IMG/VR virus record: IMGVR_UViG_3300042391_001376
Location: 62,001 to 126,000 of that record
Direction: 5' to 3' (one strand)
Length of the DNA: 64,000 nucleotides
Part shown: in pieces, positions 25,352 to 34,962 of the stretch
How the letters are laid out: each line of letters begins with the position of its first letter
How positions within the stretch are numbered: the stretch's first letter is position 1
Position numbers and translations under genes: made by a program
Notes under the pieces: generated by a model
Told to the model about the DNA's origin: nothing
Database searches by the model: none
Seen by the model: only the letters and a program-made list of their open reading frames with translations

Positions 25352-25978
25352 TTACTTTAATCCCCATAATTTTTGAGCAATAGGGTCTGAATAACTAGCT
25401 TCTCCTTCTTTCTTAGAAAGATTATGTCTAGCTTCACTGGTTTTTTTCTTCTCTATTTCTTCTTCTGGATCAATTAATTGAAGATTAATATTTGTTGGCT
25501 CAACGCCATTTATACTTTGTTGTATTTCAATAATTTTTTCAGATAGTGCGACATTTTCTGCTAATTGGGAAAAGGTCATCCCATCTAAATCTTTAGGGTT
25601 GTACGTATGTATAGTAGCGAGAACAAAAGCTTTCATTAAACTTCTAACTTCGTTAGCTTTTTCCCTTTTATCTTCTAGTATGTTTTTGGCTATTTTGGCT
25701 GAATAGAAACCAGATACGTCAACTATCTGCTGCGACAAGGAAGATATTAAACCAGGAGGCAAAGAATTAATATTAAAATCTTCAGGATAGATAACCGCAG
25801 CGCCGATAATAATATCTTCTATATCTACCGAAGAGTGGGCATCCGAGTTTTTATACTCTATGATTTTGTCGTATTCTTCAAATGTTAATTCTCTGAAAAA
25901 CACTTCTTGTTTTTTAACTAAAGTGCTAAAGATAGAACCATATCTTTTTTTTAACTCATAGAGTTTTTCTGGATCCAT
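25352..25978 (-). CDS. Tail assembly chaperone-like protein
   Basis: Position between tube and tape measure. KRYGSIF...FFRELTFEEY resembles the neighbour's EVYGDIY...VWRVLSRLEY, and both carry G..SL.SQ....SGF. Confidence 0.6.
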   Translation of the reverse strand: MDPEKLYELKKRYGSIFSTLVKKQEVFFRELTFEEYDKIIEYKNSDAHSSVDIEDIIIGAAVIYPEDFNINSLPPGLISSLSQQIVDVSGFYSAKIAKNILEDKREKANEVRSLMKAFVLATIHTYNPKDLDGMTFSQLAENVALSEKIIEIQQSINGVEPTNINLQLIDPEEEIEKKKTSEARHNLSKKEGEASYSDPIAQKLWGLK

Positions 25979-25985
25979 AATTAAA

Positions 25986-26489
25986 TTATAATTGTCTTAC
26001 CTCTAAGGCGACGAATCCCGATGCCTCTAAAACTTCTTGCGAAATCAAAGATGGAACTCCAGCCATAATACCACCAGTATTATTTTTATCGTACTCAGGA
26101 TACAGCATGCAGAGTTCTGATATGGCTTCTTCATTCCACATGTTAGCTTCTGCAGAAGATAGTTGGCCGGCTTGAACTAATTGCTCCATCTTCTTAACAA
26201 GATTCTTGTATTCTAATCTAGATAGAACTCTCCAAACAATGTGCTTATCAAAAGATAAAGAAGTTACATAAATATCTCCATACACTTCTTTCCAATGCTT
26301 GATGATCCCGGCGGTTGGCCCACCTTCCCATATCTCCTGTTCGTCATCTAAATCTTCGACAGATTTTGATTCATCGTCAACCTGTGCCACTTCAACAGGC
26401 TCTGCGGTTATCTCTATAACTTCATCAACGTTGACTTCTTTTGCCATTTCAGGGTTTGTGGAAATGGAAACTTTTCTCTGCGTAGCCAT
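25986..26489 (-). CDS. Tail assembly chaperone-like protein
   Basis: Acidic, paralogous to 25352..25978, syntenic position. Confidence 0.6.
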   Translation of the reverse strand: MATQRKVSISTNPEMAKEVNVDEVIEITAEPVEVAQVDDESKSVEDLDDEQEIWEGGPTAGIIKHWKEVYGDIYVTSLSFDKHIVWRVLSRLEYKNLVKKMEQLVQAGQLSSAEANMWNEEAISELCMLYPEYDKNNTGGIMAGVPSLISQEVLEASGFVALEVRQL

Positions 26490-26559
26490 AATATCTCCTT
26501 GTATTAAAACACTAGTTCACTTATCATTATACATTATATATGCAATATATTCAATATAT

Positions 26560-27489
26560 TTAATTTAAATTATTTGAAGACTGATCCGTTGCGGATTGTC
26601 CATTTCTTCCTTGATTAGTATCGGAAGTATTTTGAGTAGTTCCAGACTTGATAAAACCAAGATTTACTTCACTAAAATAAAGATCTCTGGCTATGAACTG
26701 ATAGCTCTCAGCAACTGGTTGTCCACCTGTGCCGTAAGAAGTCGCCATACCAAGAAGCTGTACTTCTTGCAGAACTATTTTCATTGGGTTAGCATTGTTG
26801 TCAGTTCTTATTAATCTTTCATTTATATCTGACACAATCATTCTATCTAGATTGTCTGTTATAACTCCCCCTGTGGTGCCGCTATAATCAAGCGGACTCA
26901 TAGAGGCTTCTTGAGCACCATAGAGAATGACAAAATTAAACGGTGGATGAGCACTAAAAATATTATGACCAGAATCTTTAGCGATTTTTGACAAAGGATC
27001 TGCTGTTATTCTGTCAAGCTGACTATAGGCCCAATATTTTTCTATGTTTTTTTGGTCATCAGCTGACTCTAATTTTGACCTTAAAGAAGAAACAACTCCA
27101 CCCATACTCTCTTGCGGTGTAGGGTTCTTAACTCTTACCGAAGCTGCTTGCTCTATCAGGTCCGTCATTCTTCTAGGGTAACGAGTGTATATCGTAAATT
27201 CACCACTAACGATTCTTGTGCCATATAAGACTGTATCGTAATTATAAGACCAGAAACCATATAGCGGTTGCTTTTCCTGTTTAATCGAATAACTGAAAGA
27301 TGATATATCTAATTCGTTTTCTGGTTCAAAAAGTCCATCAACATACACCTTGATGTCTTCCCCACCAAAGTAGTAATCATAATAATTACTAAATCTTTTG
27401 TCTTTATTATCTCCAGTTGGTCCACCAGACCAAACTGAATCTAAATTGGATAAAGGATTAAAATTTTCTTGATAATAACTATTTGACAC
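26560..27489 (-). CDS. Tail tube-like protein (paralogue 3)
   Basis: YFGGEDI, EKQPLYGF, RIVSGEF, PPFNF and ESYQFIARD align with the other two tube-like genes. Confidence 0.65.
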   Translation of the reverse strand: MSNSYYQENFNPLSNLDSVWSGGPTGDNKDKRFSNYYDYYFGGEDIKVYVDGLFEPENELDISSFSYSIKQEKQPLYGFWSYNYDTVLYGTRIVSGEFTIYTRYPRRMTDLIEQAASVRVKNPTPQESMGGVVSSLRSKLESADDQKNIEKYWAYSQLDRITADPLSKIAKDSGHNIFSAHPPFNFVILYGAQEASMSPLDYSGTTGGVITDNLDRMIVSDINERLIRTDNNANPMKIVLQEVQLLGMATSYGTGGQPVAESYQFIARDLYFSEVNLGFIKSGTTQNTSDTNQGRNGQSATDQSSNNLN

Positions 27490-27498
27490 TTTTTTTCC

Positions 27499-28230
27499 TT
27501 AAGAAATTACTTCATCTGTTATTAAATTAGAATACATGGCGGTTACGGTCTCGCCATTAACTGTATCCCCAAAAATATTTCTATTAATATTCAAAATATT
27601 ATTTGTTTGCGCATCAGTCATATTACCATACTTTTCTTTTTCATATGACATATTGACCATCGGCTGTATGCCCCTAGCCATGAAGGTGTACGTTTGCTCT
27701 GTGATAAGGTCGTCTACAGACATAGTCTGGCCTTCATCTACTATGGTCACGCCAAATATTTTCATCTTAGCTGCATTTCCATACTCATTAAAGAATGTTA
27801 ATACAATATCAAAAGGTGGAAGCATATCTGCTAATGGAGCGAAAAAACCATTGCTTCTAGCAAGGTATTCTTTGTATTGCTTTATTCTATAAAAAGCATA
27901 CTCGTTAAACACTGTGAATATTAGTGAGCCAGCTATAGTTCTGCCACCCTTAATAAAGCCTCTAACATTAGAATGACCTAACGTTCTAACTGGACTATTT
28001 TCCCTGTGTATTGAATAGGATATTGTTTGCAGTTCACCTATATCTATAACGTCACCAGCACTGGTGATTCTACCATCTGGACCTATTTGAGGAATTATCA
28101 TAGTGGCAACCGTATCGGCTCCCGAAAATGACATGTTGGAAAGTATTGATTTAAAATCAGTTGCTGGGTCGTATTCTGGTCTTACTTCAGAAAAACTAGA
28201 AATATTTGAAGTTTGATTCACTTCTTGCAT
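27499..28230 (-). CDS. Tail tube-like protein (paralogue 2)
   Basis: SFSGAD, ENSPVRTLG, RTIAGSLIFTVF, PPFDI, EQTYTFMAR. Confidence 0.7.
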   Translation of the reverse strand: MQEVNQTSNISSFSEVRPEYDPATDFKSILSNMSFSGADTVATMIIPQIGPDGRITSAGDVIDIGELQTISYSIHRENSPVRTLGHSNVRGFIKGGRTIAGSLIFTVFNEYAFYRIKQYKEYLARSNGFFAPLADMLPPFDIVLTFFNEYGNAAKMKIFGVTIVDEGQTMSVDDLITEQTYTFMARGIQPMVNMSYEKEKYGNMTDAQTNNILNINRNIFGDTVNGETVTAMYSNLITDEVIS

Positions 28231-28257
28231 TTTTACCTAACCAGTCTTTTAAATAAA

Positions 28258-28285
28258 TAATGCATGGGTGTTACCCCATGCATTA
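28258..28285 (-). terminator. Intrinsic terminator after major tube gene
   Basis: Perfect 11-bp inverted repeat TAATGCATGGG/CCCATGCATTA followed by TTTATTT on the minus strand. Confidence 0.7.
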
Positions 28286-28309
28286 CTCATAACTTGTAAT
28301 TGTTTAAAA

Positions 28310-29011
28310 TTACGGACGAATAATATTTGAATTAAGTCCCGAGTTCGTTACTGCGCCTTGGCTCAAAATGTCATTAAGCTTAAGAGAACTTTGATCAGCT
28401 TCTTTGTCCACCTTGATGGCGTACATAGGGCCGAGCTCTCTAGCTACATAAGTCATTGTTTCTTCGATAACGATATCGTCCATCGAAGCTCCCGAACCTT
28501 CGTTCAAGAGTTCAACTCCGTAGATTGAGCGAACTGCTGCTTGTCCATATTCATTAACAAAAGTTACTGTAATGTCAAATGGTGGAATTTGGTCAGCGTA
28601 ATAAGGAACCTTTTTAACAACGTCCTTGCTAAAATTACCAGCAGTTCCTAAACCAGCTATACCTCTACCTACTGACTGAGTATCACCTGGGAGTGTGTTA
28701 TGTGCTCTGGTGTAGAACATTTGCTTTGAATCTTGTGATTCATAATTCTTGTCCAACATTGTGTAAAGTGCTGGGCGATCAAAAACTGTAAAAATTAATG
28801 ATCCAGCGATGCCACGCTTTCCTCTTGAGAAAGATCTTGGGTTTGGTGAACCCATTGTGTAAATAGGTGCTTTTTCTCTTGTTACAGAAAATGTAATTCC
28901 TGAAAGTGCGCCAATCTCTACTCCACCAAAAGTTGCAACTATGTCTGCACCTGAAAATGTAGTATAAGTGTTAAGATATTTATTTACTGGGTTATATGAT
29001 TCTGCTGCCAT
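28310..29011 (-). CDS. Major tail tube protein
   Basis: Follows the sheath gene. TFSGAD, EKAPIYTMG, RGIAGSLIFTVF, PPFDI. Ends at a terminator. Confidence 0.75.
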   Translation of the reverse strand: MAAESYNPVNKYLNTYTTFSGADIVATFGGVEIGALSGITFSVTREKAPIYTMGSPNPRSFSRGKRGIAGSLIFTVFDRPALYTMLDKNYESQDSKQMFYTRAHNTLPGDTQSVGRGIAGLGTAGNFSKDVVKKVPYYADQIPPFDITVTFVNEYGQAAVRSIYGVELLNEGSGASMDDIVIEETMTYVARELGPMYAIKVDKEADQSSLKLNDILSQGAVTNSGLNSNIIRP

Positions 29012-29033
29012 TTGCTACCCTCCAACCGGTATA

Positions 29034-30347
29034 TTATATGTTAATGGATATTTGAACCTGGATCGAATTAAGTTCGAACGCAGGTGTTAATACGAGGTCT
29101 ACAATCGCCATGTTATCTGAAGGAACATATGTAACATTGAAGTCACTCTCCAGCAAGGCACCTTTGACTTGCATACCACGTAAGCCTGAAGAAATTGCTG
29201 TTTCCATTGAATTTCTTACTTGTATTGTTGATGGTTCGCCAATGAACTTTTGACATACTTGACGAACTAGTTGTGAAGCCTCATCTACGATTCTCTTAGT
29301 TGAGAGTCTTAGATAGTCTGAATTTGCTGCCGAGTAAGTTACTGCTCCACCGAATACTGCAATCTTATTAAAGTTCAATATAACAGCGTTTACTGCTGCG
29401 GCATTCAGGGTTACTTGCTGCACTCTTGTGGGTGCGTAACGAAGAGCTTGAACATTGTAAAGAGCTTTGTTTGTTAGGCCCGTGTACGATGGTGTTCTAC
29501 TCATAGTCGCCGCAAGCGATGCTGCTCCGTTTGAATAACCGTAATCTGTAGTTCCACCAGAAGTTGTTGTAGCGTATCCTACTGGTTTTACTTCTGTAGC
29601 TATAATTGAAACATACGAACCAACAGCCTTCATAAGCGCATTATTCCTGTCTGGCAAGAGTGCCAAAGAAGAAGACATATGTGATGAAACTTGCGCTGGT
29701 GTTAAAGTTTCTCTTGAACTTGCTACGTATGGCGCTATACCCATCACTGCAATGCACGGGTTTGTATTTTCGGAAATATCTTTTACTTTACTTGCTACCT
29801 TATATGCCCAGTTATTTGCTGTTGTATTGGAGTTGTTTGCGTGGAAAAGATAATCTTGTGCGTTTGGTGTCGCTCCTGTTGTGGCATCCCAGTCTGATGA
29901 ATTGCCACCTCTACCCCAAGGTATGATAACATCTGGGATTGCAGCCTCTGCTGCTGCAAAAGCTGCGTTAAAAATATCTTCGCCATAACTAGCAAATCCT
30001 GCGCTAGCGCTTTTTAGTTGTCCATTTGTGTGGTCAAACTGCGTGTCATAAGGAAGTGGAACAAGGTGAATTCTTTCTGCGCCTGCAGTAATCAATTCCA
30101 AAAATGCTTTATGGAGATCTGAACCAACACCAAAAGCGTCAATAACATCTTTCTCTGTAGTAGCTTGCACTACGTCAAGGTCAGCAACCTTGTTCATAGC
30201 ATTATAAGCAGTTGTTTCCGTAGAAGGATCGAACTCATTTTTGTTTCTTTTGGCTATCGCCACAATTCTTGGTCCCGCTGGGACATCTTGCCTTGAGACG
30301 CTGTAGAAGCGATCTCTAATTAATGTTGTTACACCCGGTGTAGCCAT
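29034..30347 (-). CDS. Tail sheath protein
   Basis: N-terminal TPGV. C-terminal LSTKRIVD...FIGEP...VDLVLTPAFELNSI is typical of sheath C-domains. Confidence 0.8.
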   Translation of the reverse strand: MATPGVTTLIRDRFYSVSRQDVPAGPRIVAIAKRNKNEFDPSTETTAYNAMNKVADLDVVQATTEKDVIDAFGVGSDLHKAFLELITAGAERIHLVPLPYDTQFDHTNGQLKSASAGFASYGEDIFNAAFAAAEAAIPDVIIPWGRGGNSSDWDATTGATPNAQDYLFHANNSNTTANNWAYKVASKVKDISENTNPCIAVMGIAPYVASSRETLTPAQVSSHMSSSLALLPDRNNALMKAVGSYVSIIATEVKPVGYATTTSGGTTDYGYSNGAASLAATMSRTPSYTGLTNKALYNVQALRYAPTRVQQVTLNAAAVNAVILNFNKIAVFGGAVTYSAANSDYLRLSTKRIVDEASQLVRQVCQKFIGEPSTIQVRNSMETAISSGLRGMQVKGALLESDFNVTYVPSDNMAIVDLVLTPAFELNSIQVQISINI

Positions 30348-30384
30348 GTTATCTTTGAACCTCCGACAGAATAAGTCTTGTGAT

Positions 30385-30391
30385 ATAGTAA
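30385..30391 (-). promoter_or_regulatory. Putative late promoter TTACTAT
   Basis: Intergenic, 38 nt upstream of the sheath start; recurrent motif. Confidence 0.6.
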
Positions 30392-30449
30392 CAACTAAGT
30401 CATAAAAATAACTATCAATATATTAACTATGGGAATTTTAATACAGGTT

Positions 30450-31220
30450 TTAATGACGTGGAGTAGCAGTATTCTCTAAGTCTATAAGGTTAATGTTTAT
30501 ATCTTCATAATTTGGAGTTGCTGCGGCTAAGAATTCTGGCTCATAGGCCATAAACTGTCTTACATCTATAGCTATCTTTTCTATCGTATTAGCTTGTGCT
30601 GCAAAGACCTTTTCTGTGGTGAGCATGTAAGTGACCGTTCTTTTGTGAACGTCCTTAGAATCCCTATTTACTTCTGAATCCGAAAGTCTTCTGGAGTAGA
30701 CCAATTCTGAAGCCCCTATCTTTTTAAAGATTGGAGTATACTCCAGCATGAAGTCCTCAAAAGATTCTATTAAAGATTCAACCAAATAAGAGTTGTCCTG
30801 GTCATCACAAACAGAATTTGAATCTGGTCCTGATCTTTTTCCAACTGGAGACATGGCCGTAAATGCAACAACGTTCTGGAATCTTTGACCATAAACATAA
30901 ACATTGTCACTTGTTATTTGTCTCATTCGTGGTTTTGGTTCAACGGAATGAGCTTTTCTTAACTCTAAAGAATAAACTATTATTGCATCTGTGGTATCGT
31001 ATTCTTGAGTTGCTGGGTTAAACCAGGTAAAAGAATTATCCCCATTTGACGTTGCCTTGATCGGATAGTTCGGAAAGCTTTCTTCCCATAAAGACTTTAC
31101 AGCTGATATAAATTCTAGGTAACTTAAATTCCCATCAGACTGGAGTATGTTTGCAAAACGCGATTTATCCATCGCATCTGCCAAGCCAAGCTTTGGCATG
31201 CTGATCGGTAATTGTGCCAT
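30450..31220 (-). CDS. Tail completion/terminator-like protein
   Basis: Position between neck and sheath genes. Confidence 0.45.
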   Translation of the reverse strand: MAQLPISMPKLGLADAMDKSRFANILQSDGNLSYLEFISAVKSLWEESFPNYPIKATSNGDNSFTWFNPATQEYDTTDAIIVYSLELRKAHSVEPKPRMRQITSDNVYVYGQRFQNVVAFTAMSPVGKRSGPDSNSVCDDQDNSYLVESLIESFEDFMLEYTPIFKKIGASELVYSRRLSDSEVNRDSKDVHKRTVTYMLTTEKVFAAQANTIEKIAIDVRQFMAYEPEFLAAATPNYEDININLIDLENTATPRH

Positions 31221-31221
31221 C

Positions 31222-33096
31222 TTAAGCCGCCGGTCCTGCTGATAAAGAAAGGTTAATTTTTTTCAAACCTAAAGAAGAAGTTAAATTAATATTTAATATT
31301 AATAGACCTTGTTCCTGTTCAGATTGTTCTGCTTTAAATTCATAGTCAACAATTGAACCATTCTTCTTTAATGTTGACAACATATTAGTAACACTAGTTA
31401 CAACCTTGTCATACCCAAATTTTCCTATGTAATCATAGCCGTACGCTTTGACTTGGCTAGCTACATATGAAGTTAACCTCATTTGCGGAAGTTTCGAAAA
31501 CACAGAATTAACATTTGAAAGGGTGTAATCACTGGTCAGGTACACTTCATATACATTACCCCTACGTGCTTTAGTGCCTCTATATATTGTGTTTATGCCG
31601 ATTGAGTCAAGTGTATTTAATTGAGTAGAATTTAGGTCTACACCGTACAAAGATAAAGCCCCTGGAATTCTTTTTCTTGTTAAGCCCATATTTAATTGAG
31701 ACTGGGCTATCATCCCAGCAACAGCTGCTGCAACTGAGGCGGTGTAGGTGTTGTCTATTTGCAGGTGAGAGAACACAGCCTCCCCATATACTGGCACAAC
31801 GTATCTTCCTATGTCAGAAGCAATTTGCGTGCTAGATGTAGTGTTAATGAATGTAGTATATTTATATCTAAGATATTTACTATTTTGAATCAACTCAATA
31901 TCAGACGCACTTATTCCATTCCCCCTACTGCCTATAACGCCAATTTGCACGTACCCAGTTTCGTTGTGGAAGTCATTGCAATAGTGCACGAGTTGTGACA
32001 AGAAATCTACTCCACCAGTTTTTATTATAGAAGCTTCTAATGGAACAATTATATCTATATAGTCTAATTGTTTTATAATACTATATGTTTCAATCAATCT
32101 TTCATAATATTTTTCATAGAAAGTTTTAAGAGTTTGTCCATTAAAAACGGCATAAGCTTTGTTTCTATCTTCTACGCTTAAAACATATTCCGACATCGGG
32201 GCTGCCGCGCATATGAATATGTTTCTTGCGCCTGCGCCATATGCATCTAATACACCTCTAAGTAAAGGGCTGTTCTTGTTCCCAGATAAAAGATCTATTG
32301 CATTTTGTACTGAGTTTATCTTTACTGGATTATTTAATTCTAATCCATCTGCGTGACCTATCAATAATATTGATTGCATATTAGTTTGGTTCAGGTCATC
32401 ATAAGACGGTTTGTAAGTTATTGTTGCAGATTTATTTCCTTGGCCAACACCTGAGGCTAAATCATATAAAGTGTCTTTTAATTCAAATTGAACTGTTGAA
32501 CTCAATAAATTTCCATCGATGTAGGTTCTAGCTACAATAGTGTAAGTGCCGCTGAATAAAGAATTTTGTGCTTCTATATTTTCTGGAATTCTATAGTTAA
32601 AAACAAACTCAGTTGTTCCATTTCTCTCTATATAGGCGTCAGGGCTTGTCGTAGAATTTGTATATCTATAAGATATAGGAACTCCTATAATTGCCCCTGA
32701 TTGGTCAAGGCCCCTATAAACACTAACTGTAACGTCTGAACCATTTGCTATTGGATCGTAGGATAAACCGCCATTTAATAAGGCGGAAGTAACAGACGCT
32801 GTTCCAGAAGAAACAACAACGCTGACATTTGATTCTACTGTTCTATAACTAAATGTATTATTAGTTACCTCTTCTATTGTATGTAATCCATTAAATACTG
32901 AATCTACTCCAGCAATTGTAACTGCTTGTCCAACTTGAAAACCGTGGTTAACAACTGTAGTTATTGTTGCTTTGTTGTTTAATATTTGTTTAAATGAAAT
33001 ATTTTTAGAATTAGTTGATGTAGTTGAAGTTGCTCTAGCGTCACCAACAAATGTAAATCTAAATTTTAATTGTTGATTTTTTTTTACTATTAACAC
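31222..33096 (-). CDS. Second sheath-like protein with N-terminal beta domains
   Basis: C-terminal half resembles the sheath (LLRGVLDAYGAGARNI, GINTIYR, YIGK, GSIVDYEF). Probable GTG start at 33096. Confidence 0.6.
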   Translation of the reverse strand: MLIVKKNQQLKFRFTFVGDARATSTTSTNSKNISFKQILNNKATITTVVNHGFQVGQAVTIAGVDSVFNGLHTIEEVTNNTFSYRTVESNVSVVVSSGTASVTSALLNGGLSYDPIANGSDVTVSVYRGLDQSGAIIGVPISYRYTNSTTSPDAYIERNGTTEFVFNYRIPENIEAQNSLFSGTYTIVARTYIDGNLLSSTVQFELKDTLYDLASGVGQGNKSATITYKPSYDDLNQTNMQSILLIGHADGLELNNPVKINSVQNAIDLLSGNKNSPLLRGVLDAYGAGARNIFICAAAPMSEYVLSVEDRNKAYAVFNGQTLKTFYEKYYERLIETYSIIKQLDYIDIIVPLEASIIKTGGVDFLSQLVHYCNDFHNETGYVQIGVIGSRGNGISASDIELIQNSKYLRYKYTTFINTTSSTQIASDIGRYVVPVYGEAVFSHLQIDNTYTASVAAAVAGMIAQSQLNMGLTRKRIPGALSLYGVDLNSTQLNTLDSIGINTIYRGTKARRGNVYEVYLTSDYTLSNVNSVFSKLPQMRLTSYVASQVKAYGYDYIGKFGYDKVVTSVTNMLSTLKKNGSIVDYEFKAEQSEQEQGLLILNINLTSSLGLKKINLSLSAGPAA

Positions 33097-33097
33097 C

Positions 33098-33472
33098 TTA
33101 AACCTGTTTTTCCCTAGTTGCTCCAACTGTCCAGTAAACTATTTTGCCACCCTTGCCTCTAATTGGTGCACTAGTATCTATCACGTAGATAGTATATTTG
33201 CTCGAAACATTGGGGATCATCTCGTAGATTCTATCACCCTCGCCTGGATTAATGGAACCTTCAAAATAATAAACAACATCGGAATTAACGATGATTCCTT
33301 CGTCTTCTTCACTAGCTGATTTAGCTTCAAATCTTCCTTTTGGAAAAACGCTTCTTGTGGTCACCTGCTGGAGATTATCTTCATAATTGCCATTGGCTTT
33401 TTTTCTTTGTATAAAAACATCATAGCCCCATTTTTTTAAAATGTTCATAAATGATTTTTCAAGATTAATCAT
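33098..33472 (-). CDS. Head closure/neck protein
   Basis: Small beta-rich protein (YYFEGSINPGEGDRIYE), synteny. Confidence 0.55.
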   Translation of the reverse strand: MINLEKSFMNILKKWGYDVFIQRKKANGNYEDNLQQVTTRSVFPKGRFEAKSASEEDEGIIVNSDVVYYFEGSINPGEGDRIYEMIPNVSSKYTIYVIDTSAPIRGKGGKIVYWTVGATREKQV

Positions 33473-34364
33473 AATTATGCAAACCCCTCTTGGGGATAGG
33501 GTCGTAAGATAGCTCCCTAGATCTACTCGTCCCGTAAAGATCTCTGTCTGTCAAATAAGTATTTCTTCCTGTATCTGGATCTATATAATTCCCAGCATTT
33601 ATAACTGGCATTGTAGGTAGTCCCTTTGGCTGGAAACCTCTAGCTCCAGTTATGCCAGCTAACATTTCTTTTCTCAATGCTGCTGCAATCTGGCACCACG
33701 TGACAGCATTGCCCCTGCTTATGTTTGTCCTTGGGAGATTTCTTGCTGTGACGGTTAGGTCCCCCAATTGCACAGAGACGTCATCGTCGCCGCCATAACT
33801 ATATGTCCTACTGAGGTCACAAGCTGTAGCCGCTTTTATATATTCTAAGCTAGTATAGTTTATTCCAGATGCTGGATTAGAATCATTAAATCCATAAATA
33901 TCTCTGACCTCCATTGAATGATAATGAATTATTTCCCCAATTTCAAGCAAAGATGCTTCCGGGAAATAGGCTTGCATTTCTTCTGGGTTTAAATAAATCG
34001 GATCAACGTCTGCTGCAAACATAATTATCTCATCTGCTTTTAGCGTTATAATTGGCTTATAGGTATCGGTTGACGTACTTACATAAAGCTGCTGGTTAAC
34101 TGTTATTGAAGTTCCACCGGGTATATTGCCTACGAAAACTATTTTATACGTGTCAGCAACCGTGGGGGTAAAATCGTAATAGTATTCTGAGCTAGTAAGA
34201 GCAGTCGCAGTAGTCGAAACAATTTGAGTATTATCTGATTTATAAACAGTGACCAAAACAGAGGTAGGACTGACTAGTATTTGTGCCCCAGTAACATTGT
34301 TTACGTCAACAAACTTTACTTTTATTCTTACTTGATCATTTACCAATACGGTGTCAGTTAACAT
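33465..34364 (-). CDS. Head-tail adaptor-like protein with N-terminal Ig-like domain
   Basis: Synteny; beta-rich N-terminus; SVQLGDLTV motif. Confidence 0.5.
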   Translation of the reverse strand: MLTDTVLVNDQVRIKVKFVDVNNVTGAQILVSPTSVLVTVYKSDNTQIVSTTATALTSSEYYYDFTPTVADTYKIVFVGNIPGGTSITVNQQLYVSTSTDTYKPIITLKADEIIMFAADVDPIYLNPEEMQAYFPEASLLEIGEIIHYHSMEVRDIYGFNDSNPASGINYTSLEYIKAATACDLSRTYSYGGDDDVSVQLGDLTVTARNLPRTNISRGNAVTWCQIAAALRKEMLAGITGARGFQPKGLPTMPVINAGNYIDPDTGRNTYLTDRDLYGTSRSRELSYDPIPKRGLHNYD

Positions 34365-34393
34365 GGGAGCTCCAAAAGAAATTAATATTTAAT

Positions 34394-34400
34394 ATAGTAA
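34394..34400 (-). promoter_or_regulatory. Putative late promoter TTACTAT
   Basis: 30 nt upstream of the 34364 start. Confidence 0.55.
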
Positions 34401-34406
34401 TTATAC

Positions 34407-34694
34407 TTATCCTATTATGGATATTTGCCCACTTACACCAACTGATATAACTTGGGCTGAAGATATAGCGCTTACGTCTTTGTCCAAAACCTCTACAGAA
34501 ACAATTCCTTGAGGGTTTATGTCTATGCTTAAAACGCCAATTGTTGTTAAATTTGAATAATCTTCGTTAGAAGCATAAAATATTGTTATATTATTTAATA
34601 CAATTGGGTTTATTAGACTATCTGCATAAATTATTAAAATACCATCATAAGACACATTAGGACTATTGTAGGCTATTGCTTCTCCGTATTTCAT
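34407..34694 (-). CDS. Hypothetical protein
   Basis: 95-aa ORF overlapping the upstream stop (ATGA). Confidence 0.55.
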   Translation of the reverse strand: MKYGEAIAYNSPNVSYDGILIIYADSLINPIVLNNITIFYASNEDYSNLTTIGVLSIDINPQGIVSVEVLDKDVSAISSAQVISVGVSGQISIIG

Positions 34695-34840
34695 GATTTA
34701 AATTGCTTTTCCCTCTTTGCTTGCTTGGTCCCGTCTTGTGGTATCCACTGATGCAAAGTCAACCAATCTAAAGTTGAATATTTTTCAATGTTTAAAGTTT
34801 TGTCTAAAATGGGCATACTCTCATTTTTGTTTTCTACCAT
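34691..34840 (-). CDS. Small hypothetical protein
   Basis: ATG at 34840 preceded by a GGTGG RBS-like sequence; the track's TTG start is less likely. Confidence 0.4.
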   Translation of the reverse strand: MVENKNESMPILDKTLNIEKYSTLDWLTLHQWIPQDGTKQAKREKQFKS

Positions 34841-34937
34841 TAAGACCACCACCCGGTTTATAGGACATAAGATCAAGCTACTGGTTCGTATGCGCTCACT
34901 GCGTGAATGAATACAACCCTATTAGCAATTAAATCAA

Positions 34938-34944
34938 ATAGTAA
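34938..34944 (-). promoter_or_regulatory. Putative late promoter TTACTAT
   Basis: Intergenic copy of the motif, upstream of a hairpin leader. Confidence 0.5.
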
Positions 34945-34962
34945 CAATCAAAATTTAAAACT

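Noticed and set aside
25352-26489. Classical -1 tail-chaperone frameshift
   Set aside because: The two ORFs are complete, separately started and paralogous. No slippery-site fusion is needed.
34841-34876. In-frame CGG in track ORF 34691..34876 without a frameshift
   Set aside because: It lies upstream of the more plausible ATG at 34840 (RBS-like GGTGG), so it is probably untranslated. It would be a counter-example if the TTG start were real.
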